This document shows, piece by piece, positions 1 through 8,838 of a DNA stretch of 10,885 nt. Below the pieces are notes generated by a model that saw nothing but the letters and a program-made list of their open reading frames with translations, was not told the origin of the DNA and did no database searches. The first letter of the stretch is position 1. Every line of letters begins with the position of its first letter. The stretch covers positions 1-10,885 of IMG/VR virus record IMGVR_UViG_2541047699_000009. The stretch is one strand, 5' to 3'. This stretch comes from a virus (Duplodnaviria > Heunggongvirae > Uroviricota > Caudoviricetes). A program made the translations under genes and the position numbers.

Positions 1-705
<705 letters not shown>

Positions 706-937
706 TATGGCACCTGTGTTGTTCTGAGGTGAGCATATCACCTCTGTTCAGGTGGCCAAATTCAGTAAACCACTTCAGAACTCGAGAGCATAAAAGTGGA
801 TGCCCGACGCGCGGCAAAATGGTAAAAAACAGCATCAGTAGTAAGAAAAATTGAGCGAGAGAAAGGAATTTTAATGCAGGGATTTATGCATGACAAAATC
901 AAAAATGCTTTGTAAGTGATTGATTTTGTTGAATGAT

Positions 938-999
938 TGGCGGAGAGAGGGGGATTTGAACCCCCGGTAGAGTTGCCCCTACTCCGGTTTTCGAGACCG
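938..999 (-). tRNA. Partial tRNA-Ser(CGA) gene, 3' 62 nt only (serU-like); probable prophage attR core
   Basis: Minus-strand reading CGGTCTCGAAAACCGGAGTAGGGGCAACTCTACCGGGGGTTCAAATCCCCCTCTCTCCGCCA contains an anticodon loop CUCGAAA (anticodon CGA), a long class-II variable arm, a T arm GGGGG-TTCAAAT-CCCCC, the 3' acceptor strand and CCA. The D arm and 5' acceptor strand are absent; sequence diverges at 1000. Confidence 0.8.
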
Positions 1000-1299
1000 A
1001 TGATACAGAGTCGAAAAATCAAAGAGTTAAAAACTTTTCTTGGAATAAATGTCTTAAAATCGTACACGAAAAATCAATAAATTACATAACATTAAAGAAG
1101 AATATTCCAAGCCTTCTTGAGGCCACCACCTGTTTTCAGGTGTCATTCAGACGTGATTTACCCCAGATTGGGTAAGCACGCTTTTTTTCTCAGCTTATTC
1201 CGTTTTGCCTGTGTGTTGAATAATTCCACTGCAGTTATATAAAATCGGTAACGGCTGGAAATCATTCAATACTAGCACTATCGAAAGTTAACCAGCCAA

Positions 1300-1340
1300 C
1301 CGCAGTATCCTGTCATGACAAGTTACTGCGGCTTTTTACT
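1300..1340 (+). terminator. Long imperfect palindrome followed by T-run; candidate plus-strand intrinsic terminator or protein-binding site in the att arm
   Basis: CCGCAGTATCCTGTCA / TGACAAGTTACTGCGG forms a roughly 16-bp stem with two mismatches, followed on the plus strand by CTTTTTACTTTTT. On the minus strand it is not followed by a U-run. Confidence 0.45.
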
Positions 1341-1348
1341 TTTTATAT

Positions 1349-1636
1349 TTAACGGATCAACATCCAGATCAGCAGACACGCCACCACCGGCACAGCAAAA
1401 TCCATCAGGCTTGCCACATCCCACGCGCGTGGATCAAAACCGCCCCACCACGGCATGTTAATCCGCTTGCCATGCCCGAACATTTCAATCCAGCGATATT
1501 CTGCCTGGGTGTGTTCACGCGCAATGAAGAACGTACAACCGGCTATCGCCCCGTAAGCCCAGTTTCCGGTAAAAAGACCAGCCAGTACCTGTACCGCTAC
1601 GGCACAAATTGCATGAAGTATCGGCGTGATATCCAT
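1349..1636 (-). CDS. Hypothetical small integral membrane protein (95 aa), terminal moron position of the prophage
   Basis: ATG at 1634-1636, 9 nt after the upstream ORF stop, with AAGGGGAG just upstream. The translation has three hydrophobic segments (ILHAICAVAVQVLAGLF, AYGAIAGCTFFI, FAVPVVACLLIWMLI). I do not recognise the family. Confidence 0.55.
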   Translation of the reverse strand: MDITPILHAICAVAVQVLAGLFTGNWAYGAIAGCTFFIAREHTQAEYRWIEMFGHGKRINMPWWGGFDPRAWDVASLMDFAVPVVACLLIWMLIR

Positions 1637-1645
1637 CTGCTCCCC

Positions 1646-1924
1646 TTAAAACCACTCCCTGAGCGGGCGCTCTGGTGTAACCACCCACTCACGGAACACG
1701 GATTCATCAAAGCCATCGTCAAGAAGACGAATATTAACAAAGTACCCTTCGTCTCGCGTGTATTCAGGCTCCCCGTCAGCAGAAACACCTGACTCACTGA
1801 ACGTAAAACCAATCTCATCAACCAGAACGGCATTCTGCAGCTCTTCGTCCTCTTCCCAGTTAAGTTTCCTGAGAAATGCCCTGAAATCTGCTTTATCACT
1901 GAAACGCAACGTGAAATCTCTCAC
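1646..1924 (-). CDS. Hypothetical small acidic protein (92 aa), translationally coupled to stf; possible tail-fibre assembly or chaperone-like protein
   Basis: GTG start at 1922-1924 overlaps the stf TGA stop in a GTGA arrangement, with GGGGAGG about 7 nt upstream. There is no internal Met. It is much shorter than lambda Tfa and I see no similarity to it. Confidence 0.55.
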   Translation of the reverse strand: MRDFTLRFSDKADFRAFLRKLNWEEDEELQNAVLVDEIGFTFSESGVSADGEPEYTRDEGYFVNIRLLDDGFDESVFREWVVTPERPLREWF

Positions 1925-3984
1925 TCCACAACCTCCCCAAGCTGCGCATCTGTTAGCTCTTTATGCCAGAGACGAAAATTCCTCACATGCCCAAATAAAT
2001 GGCGTAATCCTGCTGTAGTTTGTCCACCAATGCGAATGGTTGCTGTACTCCGGATATATTCCCATTTGGTTTTAGTTTCGCTGCTTAACTTACCGTTACT
2101 GACTAAACATGTGGACCGTTCGGACTTTACCCGCATACCAATAAGCATTTTTTTCAGCCCGGCATTTTCATTTATTCGTCGGTTTGAACCACCTATATCA
2201 CAATACGGAAAACCGTCGTACCCACCTGATGAACCAAACCCCATTACGATCCCCGCATCTGCCTGATGCCGGTATGTGTCAAAAACACGCGGTGCTGCAT
2301 TTGGCGTTTTATACCAGTTCTTATGTACCTCACAAAGAACCGTAAAAGGAAGATTATAAAGATTATTCTTAATCGGAACTGTAACCATATCGCTTGCCCG
2401 CGTTACCGGTGCCGTCCCCGTAACAATAAAAGATGATGCGCCTGTACCAGCCTCAATCTGTGGAGTGGTTACATCGAGATAATCCCCTGATGCAACCATC
2501 TGCCCTGTATCCGGAGAATACTGGACAAAACCACCAACCGTATTTTCTGTTGTATCTGCTTTTAATGTAGCCTCAAAAAATATCCAGCCAGTTGCATCAT
2601 CCTTAACAGACCTTGCTGTAACACGGCTTGTCTGACCTGTCTTGCTAATTATGCGGGTGGTAAGGTTCAGGTTTGCTGCTCCTATTGATGTCCTTACCTC
2701 CCCATCATAATGTTCAAATAAAATACGAACGGCGATATTATCAACTTCACTTTTTACCCGACAGGATATAGTTACATGCTTTTCGTCCCCTGAAGTATCA
2801 ACCCCTCCGGTACTCGAATACAGTCCGATAATGGTATGCGCTTTACTTGTACCAACAATCGAATCCTGTACGACAAACCGGCCATAATTAAACCCGAAAC
2901 TATCTGTGCCTGTTTCTGTAACGTCCAGTGAAGTTGACTTATTCCACTTCGAAGGGTCTGTACTGTTCGGGAAGAAGTTCGTTCTTTGCCCCTCAATAAG
3001 CAGGCCATCACACTCAAATCGTGGCTCATTAATTTCCGCCGTTTTCAGTTCGCCAGATTTGTTGATATATGTTGCCGTTGATGCGCGACTGAAATTAACC
3101 TGTTTATCACTGGCAACCTGAACCACATTATCACCAATCTTCACTTTTTTATAACCCGGAGAATAGCCCGTAATCATATCCAGCGAATCATTAAAGGGTA
3201 TCCACACATCCGGCAGCGGCTGTAAAACATATCTGTACGGCTCTGCTGTCTGGTTTGCGTATTCTCTGGCAGCATCTTCACTTGCTTTTGCTGCCGTCTG
3301 GCTTGCTGCCGATGCTTTCGCCGAGTTCGCCGCCGCTGTTTCGCTCACCTTTGCGTTGGCTTCACTGTCTTTGGCATTCGTCTCACTGGTTTTCGCTGCC
3401 GTCTGGCTGGATTTTGCGTTTTTTTCGCTGGCCTTTGTGGCTGTCTCGCTATTTTTCGCGTTGGTTTCTGATTTTTTGGCTGCTGTCGCGGAGTTTGCCG
3501 ATGCAGTCTGCGAGGCCGCTGCCGCCTGTGCGCTGTTAGCTGCATTCGTTTCTGAGGTTTTCGCCGCGTTCTTCGATGAGGCCGCTGCCGTTTCGGATTT
3601 CTTTGCCGCCGCTGCACTCTGTGATGACGCTCCGGCATGACGTGCCACTTCATTCACCATCAGCTCAAAACGGCGCAGTGCCTCCGGACGGGCATCATCC
3701 TCCGTCATGGCACCGAGAAAATCATTCAGCGTACCTGGTCTGGAACCTTCATAGACGGTAATGGTCCCGGCATGTGAAGGTGGAAAACCTTCAACCAGCA
3801 GGGTGACGCTGTACTGGCCATACTCAACATCCATGCTGTAACGCCCGGCTTCATCCGGATTTTCAGAGGCCACCGTGTTCACCACCACCGTGCTGCTGGT
3901 CCGTCTGGCCTTCAGCACAATGGTGCAGTTCTGTACTGGTTTTCCTGTGCCATCTTTAAGCACGCCAGAAATTTTTACTGTCAT
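1921..3984 (-). CDS. stf: Side tail fibre protein (Stf-like), 687 aa, mosaic with divergent C-terminal half
   Basis: N-terminus MTVKISGVLKDGTGKPVQNCTIVLKARR...RYSMDVEYGQYSV...FPPSHAGTITVYE matches the lambda Stf N-terminal domain from memory, followed by an Ala/Ser/Lys/Thr-rich repeat. The C-terminal half is of lower GC and ends ...GHVRNFRLWHKELTDAQLGEVVE. Confidence 0.85.
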   Translation of the reverse strand: MTVKISGVLKDGTGKPVQNCTIVLKARRTSSTVVVNTVASENPDEAGRYSMDVEYGQYSVTLLVEGFPPSHAGTITVYEGSRPGTLNDFLGAMTEDDARPEALRRFELMVNEVARHAGASSQSAAAAKKSETAAASSKNAAKTSETNAANSAQAAAASQTASANSATAAKKSETNAKNSETATKASEKNAKSSQTAAKTSETNAKDSEANAKVSETAAANSAKASAASQTAAKASEDAAREYANQTAEPYRYVLQPLPDVWIPFNDSLDMITGYSPGYKKVKIGDNVVQVASDKQVNFSRASTATYINKSGELKTAEINEPRFECDGLLIEGQRTNFFPNSTDPSKWNKSTSLDVTETGTDSFGFNYGRFVVQDSIVGTSKAHTIIGLYSSTGGVDTSGDEKHVTISCRVKSEVDNIAVRILFEHYDGEVRTSIGAANLNLTTRIISKTGQTSRVTARSVKDDATGWIFFEATLKADTTENTVGGFVQYSPDTGQMVASGDYLDVTTPQIEAGTGASSFIVTGTAPVTRASDMVTVPIKNNLYNLPFTVLCEVHKNWYKTPNAAPRVFDTYRHQADAGIVMGFGSSGGYDGFPYCDIGGSNRRINENAGLKKMLIGMRVKSERSTCLVSNGKLSSETKTKWEYIRSTATIRIGGQTTAGLRHLFGHVRNFRLWHKELTDAQLGEVVE
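3265..3635. repeat. Imperfect tandem 21-nt (7-codon) repeats encoding the K-x-S-E-T/N-x-A low-complexity segment of Stf
   Basis: Protein segment KKSETAAASSKNAAKTSETNAANSA...KKSETNAKNSETATKASEKNAKSSQTAAKTSETNAKDSEANAKVSETAAANSAKAS. The DNA shows recurring units such as TTTCGCTGCCGTCTGGCT, and the repeat generates spurious ORFs on other frames (3345..3653, 3356..3640). Confidence 0.7.
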
Positions 3985-3995
3985 ACTTTTCCACC

Positions 3996-4029
3996 AATAA
4001 AAAAAGCCCGCAGCAGTGACGCCACGGGC
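3996..4029 (-). terminator. Candidate rho-independent terminator downstream of lom, about 20 nt upstream of the stf start
   Basis: Minus-strand RNA GCCCGUGGCGUCACUGCUGCGGGC can form a roughly 10-bp stem including G-U wobbles, followed by UUUUUUUAUU. The plus-strand equivalent would have A-C mismatches, so the structure is strand-specific. Confidence 0.5.
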
Positions 4030-4135
4030 TTCAGGACAGTGTAACTTTACGTTTCCTCAAACGCAGTTCACCCCATAAGGCGGATGAACCTGCGTATCAT
4101 AACAATATTTACAGAAGATAAATCGGCGTCTGTTG

Positions 4136-4735
4136 TCAGAAACGGTATCCGATACCAACAATAAATGCATCCGTTCGCCAGTCGCCACTGCCGGAGCCTT
4201 CATAAGCAATATCAATGGCCACGGATTCGGTCGGGTTAAACTGCACGCCAGCTCCCCACGCCAGAGAGGTATTGCTGTGGCGACCGTCATCACTTCCGGT
4301 CAGCACGTCGTGCGTTTTCCCCTTGTTGTCAGTTACGCGGAGATAATCCCCGGAGAAAGTCGACACACGGCTGTAAGCCACACCCGCGATCGCATACGCG
4401 CTGAACCATTCATTCACGCGCACAGACGGCCCCGCCATCACGCTGAACCAGCGGTTACGCACGGAATCTTCATGCCAGCGGGTATCGCTGTAATGCGTTT
4501 TTTGCTCATCTTTGGCATTGGCATAACTGAATGACGTCACCAGCCCCAGCGTGTCCGTAAATTCATAACGGTATTTCACGTTAATGCCCTTCAGGTCATC
4601 GCTGCCTGGCATATCAGTATGGGTCTGAAGATACCCGGCGCTTAGTGTGGACTGATGCTCTGCTGCGCTCGCTGGCGTACCAGCGGCAACCAGCCAGACT
4701 ACTGCGGACAGAATAACAGCACATAATTTACGCAT
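4136..4735 (-). CDS. lom: Lom-like outer-membrane beta-barrel protein (Ail/OmpX/PagC family), 199 aa
   Basis: Signal peptide MRKLCAVILSAVVWLVAAGTPASA, alternating beta-strand pattern and C-terminal GIGYRF aromatic terminus. Position between J and stf is the same as lambda lom. AGAGG lies upstream of the ATG. Confidence 0.9.
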   Translation of the reverse strand: MRKLCAVILSAVVWLVAAGTPASAAEHQSTLSAGYLQTHTDMPGSDDLKGINVKYRYEFTDTLGLVTSFSYANAKDEQKTHYSDTRWHEDSVRNRWFSVMAGPSVRVNEWFSAYAIAGVAYSRVSTFSGDYLRVTDNKGKTHDVLTGSDDGRHSNTSLAWGAGVQFNPTESVAIDIAYEGSGSGDWRTDAFIVGIGYRF

Positions 4736-4755
4736 AATTACCTCTCGCTTTTCTG

Positions 4756-4783
4756 CAATAAAAAAGGCGCCATTTCTGGCGCC
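4756..4783 (-). terminator. Rho-independent terminator between J and lom
   Basis: Minus-strand GGCGCCAGAAAUGGCGCC is a perfect 6-bp GC stem with a 6-nt loop, followed by UUUUUUAUU. It is not a terminator on the plus strand. Confidence 0.7.
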
Positions 4784-4802
4784 CGTATTGGGGTTATAAA
4801 AT

Positions 4803-7800
4803 TCAGCTAATCGTGATGCCTGCAGTGGCTTTCTTCATCACAACAACCAGCAAATCGCTGATACTTGCTGTGGGATACCAGCCATTTACCCACCATGCTG
4901 ATACAGAAAACTCCAGCGTCATGTCGCCGCGACCAGCAGGCATATCAATAACACCACTGTAAACCAGCGTATTATCCATCGCGGTACGGTTATAAATTTC
5001 AGCACCGTTTTTCTTCACTATCAGGCGGCATGACGAATAAGTATCGCTGTTCTCCCGCTCATGTCTGGCACCGCTGAAAGCCACCGCCGGAATAACAATC
5101 TGCCGGTTAAACGGCTGATCGTCATAAACCCTGACGGTAATGGTTCCTGATGGCCAACGCTTCGGTGCACGGGAGTCACGAGGGAAAGCCTTACCCACTG
5201 TTTTAACGAGATCGCCTTCAATCTGGTTTGCAGACAGTTTCCCTCTGATGACACAGTTCTCGTTAATGGTGACATTATTGAGCGTGCCGGTATTCGCCGT
5301 GATGGCTCCACTGATATCCGCATTGCGGGCTGTCAGCCTGCCATCCGGCGTCAGGGAAAACGTCGGAGGATTGCCGGATGACGTGATGCTCACCGCAAAC
5401 AGTCGCTTCAGGAACACGTCGTTCATGAACAGCTGATTCCCCTGCGCCACAAACAGCGGCGTGGTGTTGCCGTTCTCCGGGGTAATCATCGCAATGCGAT
5501 CGGCCTGCAGCAGAATGTTACTCAGGGTCTGACCATCAACATCCTCAATCCCCGCACCAATCCCGGCCACATAGGGAATACCGTTTTTTGTTTTCTGCAC
5601 CTTCAGCATATACATGGCATTCAGCTCATTGCGCGTGTCTGACTGAACCCGCTGGATTTGCTGTATGGTCACGGCCTGGTCACCCAGCTTTTTATCCGTG
5701 GTCGAGGTAATTTCACTCCCTTTTTTATCCACGTACTGGCGGACCTGTGCTATCTGTCGGGCGTTTTCTGACTGCCCCTGGCTGACAGTCTGTGAGATTT
5801 CACTGCTCACCCGGTCCACTTTCTGGCTCACCTGCGCGATGGCCAGTGTCTGGTCCTCATTCTTTTTCGCAACCAGCTGCGTGAGGCTGTTTTCCGCCTT
5901 CCCGATTTTCCGGGTCACTTCTGCGATATCCGTGTCCATCCGCTGACGGATGTCTTCTTCCAGTTGCGTGACCTCCGTACGCAGCGCTGAAGCATCAATG
6001 CGCTCTTTCAGTGCCTGGCCCAGAAGCGTCTCATCTATCAGCCCCCGGAAAATTTCCAGATACCCTTCACCATCATTGCTGGGCTGCCCGCTGGCTTCCA
6101 CAAAAGCAGATTTTCCCACCAGGTTGACGCTTCGCACGTAAAACCAGAAATCCGTCCCCGGCTTAATCCGGCTCCCCTGGACAGTCCACTGACTGCCGGT
6201 CCCCAGATAACGGGCAGATTTTTCCACCTGTGCTGTGTTCGTGATGCGTTTTTCTGAGAACCAGAATTCAAACTGCACCGTCGGGTCATACACCGCAAGA
6301 CGCGGGACCGCCGTTATCTGAAAATACCCCGGCGTCAGCTCAATGGTGGCGGGTTTTGCAGGTGCGTTAATCCTGAACGTGGTGGTGGCCGGTTCGCCCT
6401 GCTGGCCATAACTGTTAATCGCCCTGACCGTCAGGGTGTATTCCCCCAGTGGCAGGCCGCTGAAACGGTGCTCCGTGTCTGCGGTGCTGGCGGTGCTCAC
6501 CAGACGGCTGTCTTCTCCGCTTCCGCTGGTCAGACGCAGACTGAAGCGCACACCCTTCACCACCCGCGGCGTGTCCCATTTCGCCTGTGCCAGATACTGA
6601 CCGTCAGCTGCACTCACCTCCACCGTCAGGTGCTGCACTGCCGGTGGGATAACGCTGTTCAGGGTGCCTGACTGCGGCTCAAAGCGGGCCCCGTTATCCA
6701 CGATGGCTTCTTTTTCAGGTACGTGCTGCACCGCCGTGATGGCAAAGGTGCCGTCCGTGTTTTCCCGGATGGAGACACAGCGGAACAGGCGACGACGCAG
6801 TGACGGCAGGGAGAGTCCCCACACACCGTATGTCTCCACACCATCCGGCAGGGTGCTGACCTGTATCCGGTCAGGCGCGGGGTGTGCGGTGATGGCCACG
6901 CTCGCCGGCTTACCGCTGCCGTTAATCAGATTAACAGTGGCCGTGCCGGTCTCCGGCAGTGTCACCTCCCGGTCCAGCGTCAGGGTACGGCTGGCGGCAT
7001 CGATGGACAGGACACGTCCGCCGGTCATGGTCCCGGCATAGTCGTTATCACAGATTTCAATGATGTCACCGGGTGTGTGACGCAGCCCCTGTGACCCGAG
7101 CGTGAAATCCACCGTCTGCGTTTCCAGCAGTTCGGTCTTTATCACCCACAGCCCGGCACGGTGGGCCTGACCGCGGCTGGTACAGCCGAACGCGTCCATC
7201 TTCAGCAGGTTGCGTCCGTAGCGCAGTATGGCTTCCGGGTCTTCCACCAGTTCCGTGGAGGTCTGCCAGCCGTTCTGCGGGTCGGTGTAATTCACCTCCA
7301 CCGCCGTGTGCCGGTCCTTCAGGGCACTGAAGCTGTAGCGGAAACCCACGCCGTTATCATCCACCACCACATCGCTGCTGGTGTACGGCCACACCACATC
7401 CGACGGGCGGTCCTGAACGAACGTCAGCGTCTGACCGTTCCATACCGGCATACAGCGCATCGCAGAGCAGAAATCACTGAGAACGTCCCACGCCTTACGC
7501 TGTTGTGCCAGGTACGCATTAAAGGTCATCCGCGGCTCGGTCCCCCCGAAACCATCCGGGACCGTCTGGTCGCAGTACTGCCCGATGGCATACAGCGCCC
7601 ACTTGTCCACATCCGCCGCCCCCAGACGTTTTCCCATGCCGTAGCGCGGGTGAGTCAGCATGTCCCACAGACACCAGGCCGGGTTGTTGCTGTATGCCGG
7701 TTTCAGGCTGCCGTCCCAGATACCACTGTACGTGCGTTTTTCCGGGTCATAGTTTGACGGCACCTGGATGATGCGACCGCGGATATGGTAGTTCACCGTC

Positions 7801-8495
7801 ATCTGCTGGCCGCCGAACTGCTCCGCATCCACCTGCAGCCCCACAATGGCCGTGTTCGGGTAGCACTGTTTCACATCGATGATTTCGGTGTATGACGACC
7901 ACAGCGTCTTATTCTGCAGCTGGTCCGTGGTGCTGTCCGCCGTCTCCCTGACCATCCGGATGTTAAAGGGCCGGGGAGGCAGATTATCCAGAATCACCGA
8001 GGCCAGGAACTGCGAGGTGGTCTTGCCGTTAATGGTGACATCCTTTTCCGTCACCCAGCGGCCATTACGCTGTAACTGAATCAGAATCCGGACAGAGGAA
8101 GGATTACGGTCGCCCTTTGACGTGGTCTGCACCAGTGACTGCACCCCGAAGGTAACCCGCAGGCGGTCAATGTTCGCGGACGTAATGGTGCGCGTCACCG
8201 GTTTTGCCTTCGTCACTTCCACGCCCAGTCCGGTTTCAGCTCCGGAGGACTCAAAGCCTTCCGGTGGTGTCTGCTCCTGCTCCCCGGCACGCCAGACCGC
8301 AGTCACACCGTGTATCACGGGATTACCGTCCGTGTCCGTCAGCGGGGTTTTGTTCACCAGAATACTCTGCAGTCCCTTCACCGGACCTTCTATCGGTCCC
8401 TCACCAATCGCATCAATCACACTCATCATCTGCGTGGATTTGAGATTATCCTTCGCCTCACGAGGCGTGTGTGCCTTACCGCCACCTTTTCCCAT
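4803..8495 (-). CDS. J: Tail tip / host-specificity protein J (central tail fibre), 1230 aa
   Basis: N-terminus [22 protein letters not shown] and long internal stretches ([90 protein letters not shown]) match lambda gpJ from memory. It is about 100 aa longer than lambda J and the C-terminal roughly 130 aa are divergent. Confidence 0.95.
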   Translation of the reverse strand: MGKGGGKAHTPREAKDNLKSTQMMSVIDAIGEGPIEGPVKGLQSILVNKTPLTDTDGNPVIHGVTAVWRAGEQEQTPPEGFESSGAETGLGVEVTKAKPVTRTITSANIDRLRVTFGVQSLVQTTSKGDRNPSSVRILIQLQRNGRWVTEKDVTINGKTTSQFLASVILDNLPPRPFNIRMVRETADSTTDQLQNKTLWSSYTEIIDVKQCYPNTAIVGLQVDAEQFGGQQMTVNYHIRGRIIQVPSNYDPEKRTYSGIWDGSLKPAYSNNPAWCLWDMLTHPRYGMGKRLGAADVDKWALYAIGQYCDQTVPDGFGGTEPRMTFNAYLAQQRKAWDVLSDFCSAMRCMPVWNGQTLTFVQDRPSDVVWPYTSSDVVVDDNGVGFRYSFSALKDRHTAVEVNYTDPQNGWQTSTELVEDPEAILRYGRNLLKMDAFGCTSRGQAHRAGLWVIKTELLETQTVDFTLGSQGLRHTPGDIIEICDNDYAGTMTGGRVLSIDAASRTLTLDREVTLPETGTATVNLINGSGKPASVAITAHPAPDRIQVSTLPDGVETYGVWGLSLPSLRRRLFRCVSIRENTDGTFAITAVQHVPEKEAIVDNGARFEPQSGTLNSVIPPAVQHLTVEVSAADGQYLAQAKWDTPRVVKGVRFSLRLTSGSGEDSRLVSTASTADTEHRFSGLPLGEYTLTVRAINSYGQQGEPATTTFRINAPAKPATIELTPGYFQITAVPRLAVYDPTVQFEFWFSEKRITNTAQVEKSARYLGTGSQWTVQGSRIKPGTDFWFYVRSVNLVGKSAFVEASGQPSNDGEGYLEIFRGLIDETLLGQALKERIDASALRTEVTQLEEDIRQRMDTDIAEVTRKIGKAENSLTQLVAKKNEDQTLAIAQVSQKVDRVSSEISQTVSQGQSENARQIAQVRQYVDKKGSEITSTTDKKLGDQAVTIQQIQRVQSDTRNELNAMYMLKVQKTKNGIPYVAGIGAGIEDVDGQTLSNILLQADRIAMITPENGNTTPLFVAQGNQLFMNDVFLKRLFAVSITSSGNPPTFSLTPDGRLTARNADISGAITANTGTLNNVTINENCVIRGKLSANQIEGDLVKTVGKAFPRDSRAPKRWPSGTITVRVYDDQPFNRQIVIPAVAFSGARHERENSDTYSSCRLIVKKNGAEIYNRTAMDNTLVYSGVIDMPAGRGDMTLEFSVSAWWVNGWYPTASISDLLVVVMKKATAGITIS

Positions 8496-8597
8496 ACAGC
8501 CTTCCCCTGAATAAATTAACCGCCACTTGCCATTCCGTACAGAAGTCGGATATCCTTCGCCCGAAAAGCATGAAACACATTTCTGCCATGCTAAAGA

Positions 8598-8633
8598 GAA
8601 ACCCCGGTATCAGCAGATACCGGGGTTTTCTTT
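8598..8633. terminator. Bidirectional hairpin terminator in the I-J intergenic insertion
   Basis: ACCCCGGTATC-AGCA-GATACCGGGGT is an 11-bp perfect stem with a 4-nt loop. It is followed by TTTTCTTT on the plus strand and UUCUCUUU on the minus strand. Confidence 0.6.
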
Positions 8634-8700
8634 CATGCCCACCGATAATCCTGTTGGTTAAAACCGGTAATGGCATAAAAATTCTGAATATCTTCACATT

Positions 8701-8728
8701 TTCACAAACTGACTGTGGCGCGTATAAT
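8701..8728 (+). promoter_or_regulatory. Sigma70-like promoter candidate (TTCACA, 16-nt spacer, TATAAT) on the plus strand
   Basis: Consensus -10 TATAAT at 8723-8728 and TTCACA at 8701-8706 with a 16-nt spacer. No ORF follows; a terminator lies about 70-100 nt downstream. Confidence 0.45.
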
Positions 8729-8734
8729 TTCTCT

Positions 8735-8831
8735 GCGTTAATTTTTTTGTCGTGATATAAGAATAATTCCTTACACTTAATCTTCGTAACTCTCCCGCAG
8801 TTCCTGTCCGCGATCACTGCGGGATTTTTTT
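8735..8831 (+). ncRNA. Candidate small non-coding RNA, about 95 nt, between the promoter candidate and the plus-strand terminator
   Basis: Defined only by a promoter-like element upstream and an intrinsic terminator downstream, with no coding potential in between (GTG followed by a stop after two codons). I do not recognise it as a known sRNA. Confidence 0.3.
8795..8831 (+). terminator. Plus-strand rho-independent terminator abutting the I stop codon
   Basis: CCCGCAGT ... ACTGCGGG is an 8-bp stem with a roughly 13-nt loop, followed by ATTTTTTTATTCTTTTT. On the minus strand the hairpin is followed by AGAGUUACG, so it is plus-strand specific. Confidence 0.6.
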
Positions 8832-8838
8832 ATTCTTT

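Noticed and set aside
762-1067. 101-aa minus-strand ORF overlapping the tRNA fragment
   Set aside because: It reads across the tRNA-Ser 3' fragment and the IS911 terminus; the tRNA-derived structure explains the sequence better.
3345-3653. 102-aa extremely Arg/Lys-rich minus-strand ORF and overlapping plus-strand ORFs in the stf repeat region
   Set aside because: They are alternative-frame readings of the 21-nt tandem repeat within stf, not independent genes.
1921-3984. Diversity-generating retroelement or invertible tail-fibre switch targeting stf
   Set aside because: There is no reverse transcriptase gene, no template-repeat and variable-repeat pair, no invertase gene, and no oppositely oriented alternative fibre C-terminus in the window.
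4736-4870. Possible sigma70 promoter for lom within the J 3' end
   Set aside because: Only weak hexamer matches with wrong spacing were found, so I did not annotate a promoter.
7161-7757. 198-aa plus-strand ORF inside J
   Set aside because: It is antisense to the well-supported J gene and has an Arg/His/Val-rich composition typical of reverse-frame artefacts in GC-rich coding DNA. The same applies to the other plus-strand ORFs within J (5140..5436, 5665..5946, 6664..7041, 8122..8514).
8476-8817. 113-aa minus-strand ORF spanning the I-J gap
   Set aside because: It reads through both terminator hairpins, overlaps the J start out of frame, and has no recognisable features, so I treat the gap as non-coding. 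A small hydrophobic peptide (possible type I toxin) cannot be fully excluded without expression data.
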